Positions 26,125 to 36,839 of a stretch of DNA of 64,000 bases are shown here, one piece after another. How positions within the stretch are numbered: position 1 is the stretch's first letter; each line of letters opens with the position of its first letter. The position numbers were made by a program, and so were the translations under genes. Where the stretch lies: contig NC_068998.1 in NCBI RefSeq assembly GCF_001194135.2, forward strand, positions 31,221,049 to 31,285,048. Reading direction: 5' to 3'. This stretch comes from Octopus bimaculoides (taxonomy: Eukaryota). The notes beneath the pieces were generated by a model, which saw only the letters and a list, made by a program, of their open reading frames with translations, was not told where the DNA came from and searched no databases.

Positions 26125-28441
26125 GTTTATCAACTTTTGGTACTGAGGGGTTTCAACCATGTTTCATGGTCTGCTACCACAACAGCTCCTTTATAGGATC
26201 CAGTTAGCTCAAGACATCATCAGGAGGAACCACGTCCGGTTTCGGCCCTACTCCTCTACCATTTTGACGTGATGCCCCCCCCCCTCCCCACACTTTCGGA
26301 GGTGTCTTCAGCTCTGGTGTTGAGTGCATGTCTTATTTCTCTTTCTTTCTTCTGTTCCCTGGCCTCTTCGATGCAGTGTCAACGAGTGTTAGTGGACGGC
26401 TGACTGTTTTGTCAAATTTCCTTTTAAATACCTGCTGGTAGGCTCCAGCAGGCAGCCCCAGCAAATTGTCACGTAACACTGTCTAAACTTTAACTGAGCA
26501 ATGGAGGGCCACACATTCTCTAAGCGAGACCGTCACCTGTCAACCAGCAAAGCTATTTCAGTGTCAGCCTGTCTCACCTAGTGATGTTATTTTCCTGCCA
26601 GCATGTTATGACTTTCAAGCCTTTGTTGGTCTTCCCGCTTCAGCCATATATAGAAGCTGGCTTTTTCGACCGCCTCCTGTATTCTCCTTATTAGTTTTCT
26701 CAGTTCAGAGCTTGAAAATGCAAATCTTCTTTTGAATAGCGCTGTCATTTTTCTTTCAATGAAGCCCCTAGCCCCCACTGCCAGATGGTAGTACTCGACA
26801 GTCCATCCCTGTTCTCTGCACTCTTCGATTAGTTTTTCATATCTCTTCTCCTTTCGTTTCTCTGCATTGTCGATGTTCTCTTCTCATGGCACTGTCAGTT
26901 CTAGCAAAATTCCTATTCTCCGTTCTCTGCCCTGTAGGACTAAGTCTGGTCTTTTTGTTGTTTTTATGAGTGGAAATATTACTAGTCTTTCCAAATCTGT
27001 GGCCAGCTCCCAGTATCCCTTCCATTTTTAGTCTATCTCGTATATTTTATTTGGAGGCCTGGTCTTATGTCCTTTTCCCTCCTTCTGGAAGTATATTTTC
27101 CTGCACTTTTCCACTTTTGGGTACTCTACCCTATTGTATCCCTCAATCTTCTCCTTGAGTGCTGCGCTTATGACGCCGAGGACTTGGTTATGACGCCATG
27201 TATACCTTTCTAGTGCTAGTCTGCAGCTTGACAGAACATGTCTCAGCGTCGCTTTCTCTCCGCATCTACATTCATCAGTTGGTTTTATGTTCCACCGGAC
27301 TAAGTTTGCTGGTGAGGGTAAAACGTCAAAGGTAGACTTGATCAGGAAGGATGTTCCTGCTTGTTCCCAAGCCCAAAGTTCCTTCCATGAGATTCTGCGA
27401 CTGACCACGTTTTCCTCCCATCTCAGGCACTGTCCCTGTTGACTACATTGCACCAAATGTACATTCTGCCTTTCTTCTTCCTCCTTTCTCACTTCGTGTA
27501 CCACTGCCTCTTTCATCTCTTTTATACTGCTCTTGCAAAATGGCCTGAAATTGTGCGACCCCAGGCTGGCTCTTGCTTCTTGCGTTGCTCCGACTATTTC
27601 AGCGTGCCTTAATTTTCCGATCACCCTGTTTACTGCCTCTTCTGCATTCCATTTCCTCTCTGTTCATACCTTTGGAGGGTTTTCTCAGATGCTCTGATCT
27701 TTTGAATACCTTAGCATCATTACTGTCCTTGCCTTTTCTTCGGCGATTGATGTTATTGGTAGTTGCAGCACAGGTTCCCCATATAGTGCAGTTGTATTCA
27801 GTGATTTCGGCAGACCAGGCCATTTTCTGATAACCACACTCCATCCTTTCTAATCTACTCGCGGCTATTTCGTACATTTGCAATGGCCACATTATCCTTG
27901 GGTACAGCCCAAATTGCAATATCCAACATTTGAATTTTCCCGGCAGTGTTCTGTCAATTGCCTTTAATCCTTGTTCTACTAACTTGTGTATTTCTTTCCC
28001 TTGCTTCTTATCATTTAATAAGTCTCTATACCATCTGCCGAGACTCTTTACTGGTTGTTCTTTCACTGTTGGTATGTCTTCACCTCCTATCCTGAATTTC
28101 ACTTCTTCTTGCACTCCTTTCACGAAAGCCATGCTTCGCAATTTTTTGGCTTTGAATTTCATTCTTGCCCATCCTATCAGTTCGTCGAACCGCTCTAACT
28201 TTCCCTCTGCTGCTTCTCTACTTTCCGATAGCACAGTAACATCGTCCATAAAAGCCCTTAATGGTGTCTTTGTAGCAGCTTTCTCACAGTTTGTAGATCT
28301 AAGTAACATTTCCATGACTAGCACAAATAAAATGACTGATATTGTGCATCCGGCTGCAATACCTACTTCAAGCCATTTCCACTCTGTTGTGAACTTTCCT
28401 GCTGTAAATCTCATCCTCAAGTTGTAGTAGGACATGAGCAT
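26125..28441 (-). mobile_element. 5'-truncated HERO-like non-LTR retrotransposon (RT plus restriction-like endonuclease)
   Basis: RT motifs GIAAGCTISVILF and LRAFMDD, CCHC-type C..ATLRHVLSSC, RYTWRHNQVL, and an RLE-type C-terminus (VGARGF...KASFYIWLKR). Several frameshifts. The HERO assignment rests on motif recognition only. Confidence 0.8.
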
Positions 28442-29922
28442 TCATGTACAAAACCTATGGCCTCCAAATACCTGATCCACCAGAACTCGGCTATTGCGGA
28501 CAATGCCAAATTCAATATATTGATGGCAGACCTCGTCAGAGTAATGCGAAATGTCTCCTGCATGTGCAACCCTACAGAATTAAAGCGACATATACAACAT
28601 TTCGTTCACCGCATGCAATTCTCAGGTTACAGCCGTAAAGAAAGGATCAGGGTATACAAAGGAGCTATGAAGAAGTTTGAAACAATCAAACGCAACGATA
28701 GGAATGGGATTTGCCCACTCTATAGGAGCAAGTCATGGAACACCATTGAAAGAATTAAGAAGAAAATAGGGAAGGCCAGCTCATGGTATGATAGCCACAA
28801 ATACAAGAGCGTTATGTTCGTCGACATCACCCCTAGAGGCGAACTGGCGTACCGCTTTAGAAGGGCCCTAGACAAACTTAAGCTAAGTATTAAGGTTGTT
28901 GAAAGGCCAGGCAACCCTATCAAATCCCTTATCATTAGAACATACCCTTTTAGTAGAACCCCCGCACTGATAGGAACTGTACCGTATGTAGATTTAGCCC
29001 ACAAACGAACTGTAAAACCAGAAATGTGGTCTATAGTATAAGATGTACAGAGGGACGATGCAGTAACAAGACAACGACATATGTAGGCGAAACAGCAAGG
29101 AGCATAGGGGAGCGGGCAAATGAACATTGGAGGGAACTTAAGGAAGGGAAGAGCTCATCAGTTCTGTACCAGCACGCTGAGCAAGAACATGGAGGCTCAC
29201 TCAATAACATAGAAATGAAAATCTTATCCACACATAGCAGAGACGCAGCACTTAAAACAAATTACAGAAGCTACACACATAATAGAAGATAAACCTAGCC
29301 TGAATAGGAAACTAGAATGGAACACTAACACACACCCCTAACAAACCACAAACCACAACATATGACAATACGTTCCCCATAAACCAATAAGAATATGAAC
29401 AAAATATAATACAATACATAGATAAACAAATGGAATTAAATACTACATACGTTAACAAAATTTAATTAAATACAAAAAAGAAGTAGATATAAACACATGA
29501 ACAAATAAATAAATAAAAACAAAAACTAACGAACATGTATTAACAGAGGATATAGATAATACAGGCACTCCCCATACATACACATGCACTTACAAAAACA
29601 TAGACACATTGAAGGATACACATGTGTAGACACATACAATAGGAATACAAAATACAAAATGGCTGATAGTTAGCAAGGTGAGACACACATAAGAAAGAAG
29701 AAAGCAAAGGACCACTGATGAGGTCACAGAAGTGTGACGAAAGAACTCTGGCCGAAATAGGATTAATGTAATATAAAGTAATATAAAGCTGAAGCAAATT
29801 AACACCAAATATACAGTGCGTGTGTTTTTATTGGCTAAACTGGCAATATGACCATCCCCAAGTACAACAACATCTGTTTCAACACACGATTTCACATAAA
29901 AAATCTTGCAAAACAAATATGT
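28442..29922 (+). mobile_element. 5'-truncated Penelope-like element (RT thumb, GIY-YIG, pseudo-LTR, restart of ORF)
   Basis: ORFs 28457-29041 and 29026-29292 (VYSIRC...YVGETARS..ER..EH). The downstream pLTR is homologous to 19200-19460 and 23460-23735 and ends in the ORF start MTIPKYNNICFNTRFHIKNL. Confidence 0.9.
29709..29753 (+). ncRNA. Putative minimal type I hammerhead ribozyme in PLE pseudo-LTR
   Basis: GGACCA-CTGATGA-G-GTCACA(GAAG)TGTGAC-GAAA-G(AA)C-TC/TGGCC: both core words, a perfect 6-bp stem II, a 2-bp stem III and a short stem I; one extra G after A9. Confidence 0.6.
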
Positions 29923-30133
29923 NNNNNNNNNNNNNNNNNNNNNNNNNNNNNNNNNNNNNNNNNNNNNNNNNNNNNNNNNNNNNNNATAAGCAACACGGAT
30001 TTTAAAGATGATTGCAGTATGCACGTTTCATGCTACTCCATTTATCTAAGTAATGCTCGCATTACTTAAATAAATGGAGTAGCATGAAATGTGCATACTG
30101 CAATCATCTTTAAAATCCATGCTGCTTATTTTG

Positions 30134-30168
<35 letters not shown>

Positions 30169-30249
30169 TGGTTGTCTACTCCTTACACAGAGTTTGACCA
30201 CCTCCTGCACCTACACCTTAGCCCTTTCATGGCATCTGATGTGACTTTT

Positions 30250-30780
30250 TAAACCAATGTTTTGAAAAAACACCCACACATATTGCACCTCTGATTTGTA
30301 CTACCAATACCTGCAGGTAAGTTCTGCTCATTGTTGATCCTAACATGTGTTTTAAGACCCCCATTGGATTTGCAAGCCCTCTGGCACACACCACATTCAA
30401 ACGTGTGCACAGACATATAATCAGAATAGCTGGTTGAGGTTTGTTTTNNNNNNNNNNTCAAACGTGTGCACAGACATATAATCAGAATAGCTGGTTGAGG
30501 TTTGTTTTCCATAGGTTCGCAGGTGAGATTTGAGGCCAGCCAAAGACAGACATGCACACAAAAAGGTCCTTGTCATTCACCTTATCAATCTTTACATTTT
30601 TCCTCAAACATCTCTTGAGTCCCGCTTGCATTATCCTGGCCTCTTCAAACGCTTTCACTCCACTCCACACCCCCGTTCGCCATCCAACTTGATCTGAAGC
30701 GAGGGCTTCTGTATCCTTTGAGACCATTCTAATTGACTTCATAGCAGTCCTTATGCCATCCTTAAACCGTTTTTTAGGTT
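30250..30780 (-). mobile_element. RTE/BovB-like LINE 3' end
   Basis: PKKRFKD...DQVGWR..V..G...KR..RK plus terminal C2H2-like CGVCQRACKSNGGLKTH. Confidence 0.7.
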
Positions 30781-30880
30781 NNNNNNNNNNNNNNNNNNNN
30801 NNNNNNNNNNNNNNNNNNNNNNNNNNNNNNNNNNNNNNNNNNNNNNNNNNNNNNNNNNNNNNNNNNNNNNNNNNNNNNNN
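30781..30880. other. Assembly gap of exactly 100 N (placeholder length); other gaps at 2615-3017, 29923-29985, 43274-43373, 56044-56822, 57418-57933, 62799-63661
   Basis: Runs of N; ORFs spanning them in the track are artefacts. Confidence 0.99.
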
Positions 30881-31604
30881 TGGATGTACAAAGAAGTATG
30901 AAATCAAGTGAATAAGGTTAATTGAGCACATCGTATTGAAGATCGTAGGAAGTAATGTTTATGTTAAATTGAACTGAAAGTAATGTTTTAGTATATGTTT
31001 ATAGATGTTATTGGTGTTCTAATTTGGGTTCAAAAATTAAGAGTGTTTAGATAACATATATCAAGCGAGATAAGTCTACCATATCTTTTTACATATAAAG
31101 GTATAATTAACATGTGTCTCTTGAATTATTTGAGGAACTAATGTGTTACAAGTTGAGTTGTCTGCCCATTATGCAATACGGAACTGTTTTTCATTTTATT
31201 CTCGAAGAATAAACTGGTGAACACGTTCATCGGGCAGAATTTTTTACTTTTGTCATATGGTATAGATATGGATAGAATTAGCCAGTCTAATTTAAATTAG
31301 ACTGGCTAATTATATCCATATCTGTACCATATGACAAAGGTAAAAAAATTCTGCCCATTATGCAATACGGAACTGTTCTTCATTTTATTCTCGAAGAATA
31401 AACTGGTGAACACGTTCATTGAAAACTCATACAGATGTAAACACTGGCAGCAACACATTTTCCTATACATATAGCACTGCTTTAATATCAATCACCACAC
31501 AACTACCGTGTGTATATATACATGTGTGTACACATTTATGTATATGTATGAAATTATGTATGTGTAGGTGTGTATATATATGTATGTATATATATATGTG
31601 TGTG

Positions 31605-31668
<64 letters not shown>

Positions 31669-32270
31669 CGTGTATGTGTATATATATATGATTATACACA
31701 CTTATGTCAACACTACTTGTATAAATACAAGATTAACTCCCCATTATAAATAAAACATTCCTCTCCAATCTTTATCGAATTTAAATCATCTTATTATCTC
31801 CCAATTCTAAACTCTAAATTTCCTTTTTGCCTTCTTTTCTTCCCTTCTTGCCCAACGTACTGTCTAGTAGTGTTCCAACCTCCAACGGCTTTTTCAAATA
31901 AGTTACGTAGCAATCTTCTCTAACCACAGTTATCATATTTGGTTAAAATGTCTTATGGTTAAACTGGTCCGTATGTATTTCCATGAAGAGAAGATTACAT
32001 CCTTATCAACATCACCTATTCCTATGGGAGGTATAATTTGTAATCTTGGAAACATATGTTGGAAATAAAAGAATTCATTTAACATATGCGTTTTACTCCA
32101 TTTACTAAATTTATATATTTACTCAACCACCCAAAATAACAAGGAGTTTCTACCTCATAAACAGGAGTTACACTACAGTCATTTTGTGATCTTTGCTACC
32201 CTGGTATCCATTAAGCAATTTATTTTCTCCGGGTTAATTATTAACTTAGAGAAAATAAATACATATAATA

Positions 32271-32304
<34 letters not shown>

Positions 32305-32599
32305 ATGTATAAAAAATTCAAAATGGGACAAAAACGCAAAACATCAACACAGGTGATACAAAAAAGGGGACAACAAAACATCCAGATAGACGATACAAAG
32401 AAAACAAGGATGGGTCACTCAGAGTTTTCTTTCCTCAGTCGAGTTCCAGATTATCTTTGCAATTTCGGCTGGTTATACTTGAGATTACTCCAATCAGACC
32501 AGCCCCAAGGAAAAAAACTAAGCTAAGAGCATTAGATTCCTTGGAAGAAAGCAGTGAATGTATACGAAAACATCCTTACATTCTTTTATATTTTCTCAG

Positions 32600-32739
32600 G
32601 CATGGTAACAAGGAGGTGTTTTCTTGCAAAGGGATTAAGTATGCTGTTGATTATTTCAAAAAAAGAGGACATAAGAAAATTGTGGTTTTTGTGCCACATT
32701 GGCGCAAAGAGGCTTCACGAAAAGATGCACCAATCATTG
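32600..32739 (+). CDS. ZC3H12: ZC3H12/Regnase-1 (MCPIP) family RNase, exon encoding [37 protein letters not shown]...PII
   Basis: ctcAG acceptor, GTGAGT donor at 32740; 140 bp, phase 2/1; matches the [12 protein letters not shown]...VFVPSWRKE segment of the Regnase NYN/PIN domain. Confidence 0.93.
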
Positions 32740-33042
32740 GTGAGTGTTCTACTGTGGTTTTGTATCCAGTTGTTTACCACTTCCATATCCCATCAGCCAT
32801 ACATCAGTGCTCACTATATCTGTACCCATAACTTCCCTTCATCTTTCACTCTCTCTCTTTTACTCTGTTCTGTTGATATTATCAATCCACACATCACTGT
32901 GTGATTGTGTGTATCTGTATTGCTACATATGTGTGTGTAGATGCCTGTATTGATGTATGTGGGTGTATATGTGTATATTGTTAGTGTGCATTTCAGTTAC
33001 TTCTATTTCATTTACTTATTATCTTTTTCATTTTTATCCCAG

Positions 33043-33277
33043 ATCAAGAAATTCTCACTGAACTGGAGAAGGAAAGAATTTTGATATTTACCCCAGCTCG
33101 AATGATCAAAGGAAAAAGAGTGGCTTGCTATGATGACCGCTACATTCTAAAAGTAGCTGATGAGAATAACGGCATTGTTGTCTCCAATGATAATTATCGT
33201 GACCTGCTTAATGAGAACAATGGCTTCAAGAAGGTTGTAGAAGAACGCTTGCTCATGTATTCTTTTGTTGAGGACAA
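33043..33277 (+). CDS. ZC3H12: ZC3H12 exon, NYN domain core ([18 protein letters not shown]...CYDDRY...VSNDNYRDL...[13 protein letters not shown])
   Basis: cccAG acceptor, GTAAGT donor at 33278; 235 bp, phase 1/2; acidic catalytic motifs YDD, SND and RD are intact. Confidence 0.96.
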
Positions 33278-33651
33278 GTAAGTAGATGAATCCTTGGTTT
33301 AAACACACACTAAGCATATTCTCATCATGTGTATGTGTGCATATGTTTATGCATGTTATATAAGCAAACTTACCACTGAGACTAAGATAACTTTTACTAC
33401 TTATTGTAGCTAAGGTGTTACTAAAAAGATATTGTTAGAAAGTAGATCATGTCCATCTTAGAGAATGTAGATATGAAATCTTAAGGATATCATGTCTAAT
33501 GTTAGACTGAACAAATAAAACAACATTATTGAATTCCCAATGAAGTAATACTCAATCGATAATTTTACTTTCACTTTTAATTCCAATGTAGGTGCACTCA
33601 TATTCACACACATACCTATATTTTATGTCTATTCTTTTGTGTTTATTTCAG

Positions 33652-33881
33652 ATTCATGCCACCTGATGACCCACTTGGACGCCATGGTCCTAGCTTGGAT
33701 AATTTTCTACGGAAGACACCAACTGCTCCAGAAACATTACCACCAAACTGTCCATATGGCAAAAAGTGCACATATGGTAACAAATGCAAGTTTTACCATC
33801 CAGAACGTGGCAATATGCCACACAAGACTGTGACAGAGAAATTAGCTGAACAATACAAGCAGCAGGAGAAAGTTTTGGAAG
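33652..33881 (+). CDS. ZC3H12: ZC3H12 exon with CCCH zinc finger ([21 protein letters not shown]...[20 protein letters not shown])
   Basis: ttcAG acceptor; family signature [21 protein letters not shown] plus C-x5-C-x5-C-x3-H. The 3' boundary is inferred from the only phase-compatible GT before the in-frame stop (AG|GTTCAC, weak). Confidence 0.9.
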
Positions 33882-34191
33882 GTTCACAAATTTTCTTTTT
33901 ATTTTTAATTTAAATTTGGTACCTCTGTGTGTGTTTCTAAATGTGCTTTTTGTGTGAGTGTGTCTTGATACATGTACTATGGGATGTCATAAGTAGCTTT
34001 CTACAAATATGTATGTATATTCTGTCTAGAATAAGCCCATGAATATACAAAATGTTCACACATAATAATTTGTCAAGAGTCAGTTTGCAGTAGTGATAGT
34101 TACAACTTAATTTGAAATAATTATTATATTAACTGAATATTTAACATATTAGCTATTGATTTATTAATTTTTTTTTTTTCATCTTCTTCAG

Positions 34192-35420
34192 CTGAGAAAA
34201 ACAAGATGCAGCTAAAAAGTAAAGGGAAAAGCCCTCTTTCAAGAAGTAAATCACGCTATGCTGATGGTGGGGATGTACCACAATTATCTGCTGAAGAACA
34301 GGAAGAGAAACAACGTCTAGCTAAAGAATACAATGAGAAACTGGATAGATCCAGAAGAGAGATTACACGTTTCACTGAACAGACTGAAGCTAAAGAGAAA
34401 GCTGCTGCAAACAAAAATATTTCAGAAGTTCATTTGTCACAGCACTCACTTTCTAACTTGGATTCTGGTAACCAAGGTAACAAAGCAGTTCATTTTGAAA
34501 TGTTCAACAGCCCATCATTGGACAAATTTAATAAGTCAACAAAACATCAACAAGAATTTTCAACTTGTGATCATTTAGACATAAACAGAGCACATAGCCT
34601 TCCAGCTCAAATTCAAAGTGAAAACTTTGTCTCTGGCCATTTACAATTAGCCAAAAGCTTATCTGGTGAGGAAATTGAGGCAAAGAAAAAGACCCAAAAC
34701 TCTCCACAGTCTAGTCCTCAACATCCACCATTGTGCCGACAGTCATCAGTTTATGTTGATACAGAACATCATATCAAAGCAAACCCTAGTATGACGCACA
34801 AACTTCCTACATGTAACCAGTTTGTCCAGGACATGTTACCTAATCTCTTTCAAAATCACCAAGGAGACTGCATTTTCATACCTGATACAATGTCACCATC
34901 TTACTCCTACACTGGTTGTGAAAGCTTTAGTTTCCCTTCTACATCATATCCCTATGGAGTTTCAGACAAGATGATTCTTGGCCAAGCCTTCACACCAAGT
35001 GTTACTCGACAGATTAGTCTGCCAAACACTCGGGGACAAGAACGTTACTCACCTTCATATCAAGTTCAAGTACCTGACAAAGGACAGCAAGGGTTTTATG
35101 AGACAATTCCAAGCTCTCCAAGCTGTTTGTCTCCAGCGTATTCATGCTCAGTGACAAGCAATAACAATGTATCATTCCCATCATTTATAATGCCACAACA
35201 GTTGAAAGTGCTACCTCCTGCCAGACGTTTTTACTCACCTTCATGTTACACCCCCACTCAACAACAAAGCTTACCACAGCAACATATGCAACAGCAACAA
35301 CAAAATCCTGTAATGTCCCCTGTGATGTCTACAGCTTCATGGCCGCTTGATAACACAAGCTACTCTGATATGTTGGTTCATCCAACTATGGGCCAAATTC
35401 ATCCCAGGTACAGCAAATGA
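34192..35420 (+). CDS. ZC3H12: ZC3H12 terminal exon, S/P/Q-rich low-complexity C-terminal region
   Basis: Poly-T tract and ttcAG acceptor at 34190-34191; phase 1, continuing into the 404-aa ORF 34206-35420; long uninterrupted ORF in TE-rich surroundings. Confidence 0.8.
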
Positions 35421-36839
35421 GTATCTAATATAACAGCATTCAGTTAAATTCCTAAGGATTGTAACTGCTAAAAATAATGAATTGTAAATTCACATAACTT
35501 GCTCAAGCTTCCATAATGTATACACTGTCCAGTTCTGGAATTAAAATTGTAGCCAATTCTTTTGGCAAATCTCTTTTATATGATACTAACTGTAAATGTT
35601 TTCTTACTGTGTGGAATTTTTATATTTCTCTTTCAATCCCTGTTTTGAACAATTTGTTACATAGTGAACACTTTTACTTTGATGAACAAGCATGTTATTA
35701 GTATGTGCAGGGAGGATGTATAAATATATCTGTGTTTACATGTAAATGCACTCTCTCACAGACATCATTTGTTGATAAGATTAGACCATCAACTGTGAAG
35801 GTCAAATCTTACATTATTTGTGAGTATTATATATATGTATTTCATTTCCATTGCTCATTTCATTTGAGGACCACATATCAGAGTGTATTAGTGAGAGAAC
35901 AGTAGTTGAGAGTTTATAAGAAGCAATGGAGAAAACTTTGCTTGGTTTTCAGAATTATCTTTATCTTTTACTTGTTTCAGTCATTAGACTGCAACCATGC
36001 TGGGACACTGCCTTGAAGAATTTTTTAGTCAAGTAAATTCACCCCAGTTCTTATTTTTTTTAAAGCTTGATACTTATTCTATTGATCTCTTTTACTGAGC
36101 CAATAAGTTATTGAGATGTAAACACACCAACACCAGTTGTCAAGTGATGGTGGGAGACAACACAGGATACAAAGATACACACACATACATATTCTGCATA
36201 TTACTATGTTTACCTCTGACTCATCCTAATCTTAATTTGTGTAACCATAGGTCTTCTATTTATAATCTTTTTTCCCTGATTTCTCTGCTTTCCCTCTGTC
36301 ACTTTATTTCTGTCATGGCTCTGAAAGGTGCAGTTTTTCTGTCCTTTCTTATTCACAATGCGGTCACCCATTCCTGCTGTGACCACCTATGCTGGAAATT
36401 TCTCCTCTGTACCAGAAAGCTCTCGTAGCTCTGCTCTCACCACCAGTACTGGATGTCTCTCCTCTCTACCAGAAAGTTCTCATGACTTCCTCTATCAGTA
36501 GTCTCATCCACATTATTGCATGCATCAAAATGAGACTGCATTACTTGATAGTCAATTAACAAACTACCTATTTCCTTTCTCTCTACTTATAATGAATGAA
36601 CCAATTAGCTGTTTTATTTATTTTAATTATTTATCTATTTATGTTTGCATCAATAGTGCTTATATTAACAATGCTTGTATTACACTCAGTTCCAATAGAG
36701 GCAGCAATTTTTACATGAATGAGTGATGATAGATTAATGCGAGGACAACTAATATGACATGTCTTTGGTAATGTTCATGGAAACCTCCTTTTCAGATGCT
36801 GACTGTCATCTCCCCTTCCCATTATCCCCCCTTCATCTC

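Noticed and set aside
29715-29760. Alternative HHR fold using GGTC/GGCC and the second GAAA (29754)
   Set aside because: No stem III or NUH site can be formed after it, and it is not conserved in the other two pLTR copies.
30396-30508. Duplicated ~52-bp segment around a tiny N run
   Set aside because: Typical contig-overlap artefact.
32490-32560. CTAA-loop-TTAG hairpin followed by GAAAGC, possibly a decayed HHR
   Set aside because: No CTGANGA core; too degenerate to support.
32457-32599. In-frame upstream extension [13 protein letters not shown] that resembles LRPVVIDG
   Set aside because: Lacks DGSNV, overlaps repeat-like sequence, and a good acceptor exists at 32598-32599.
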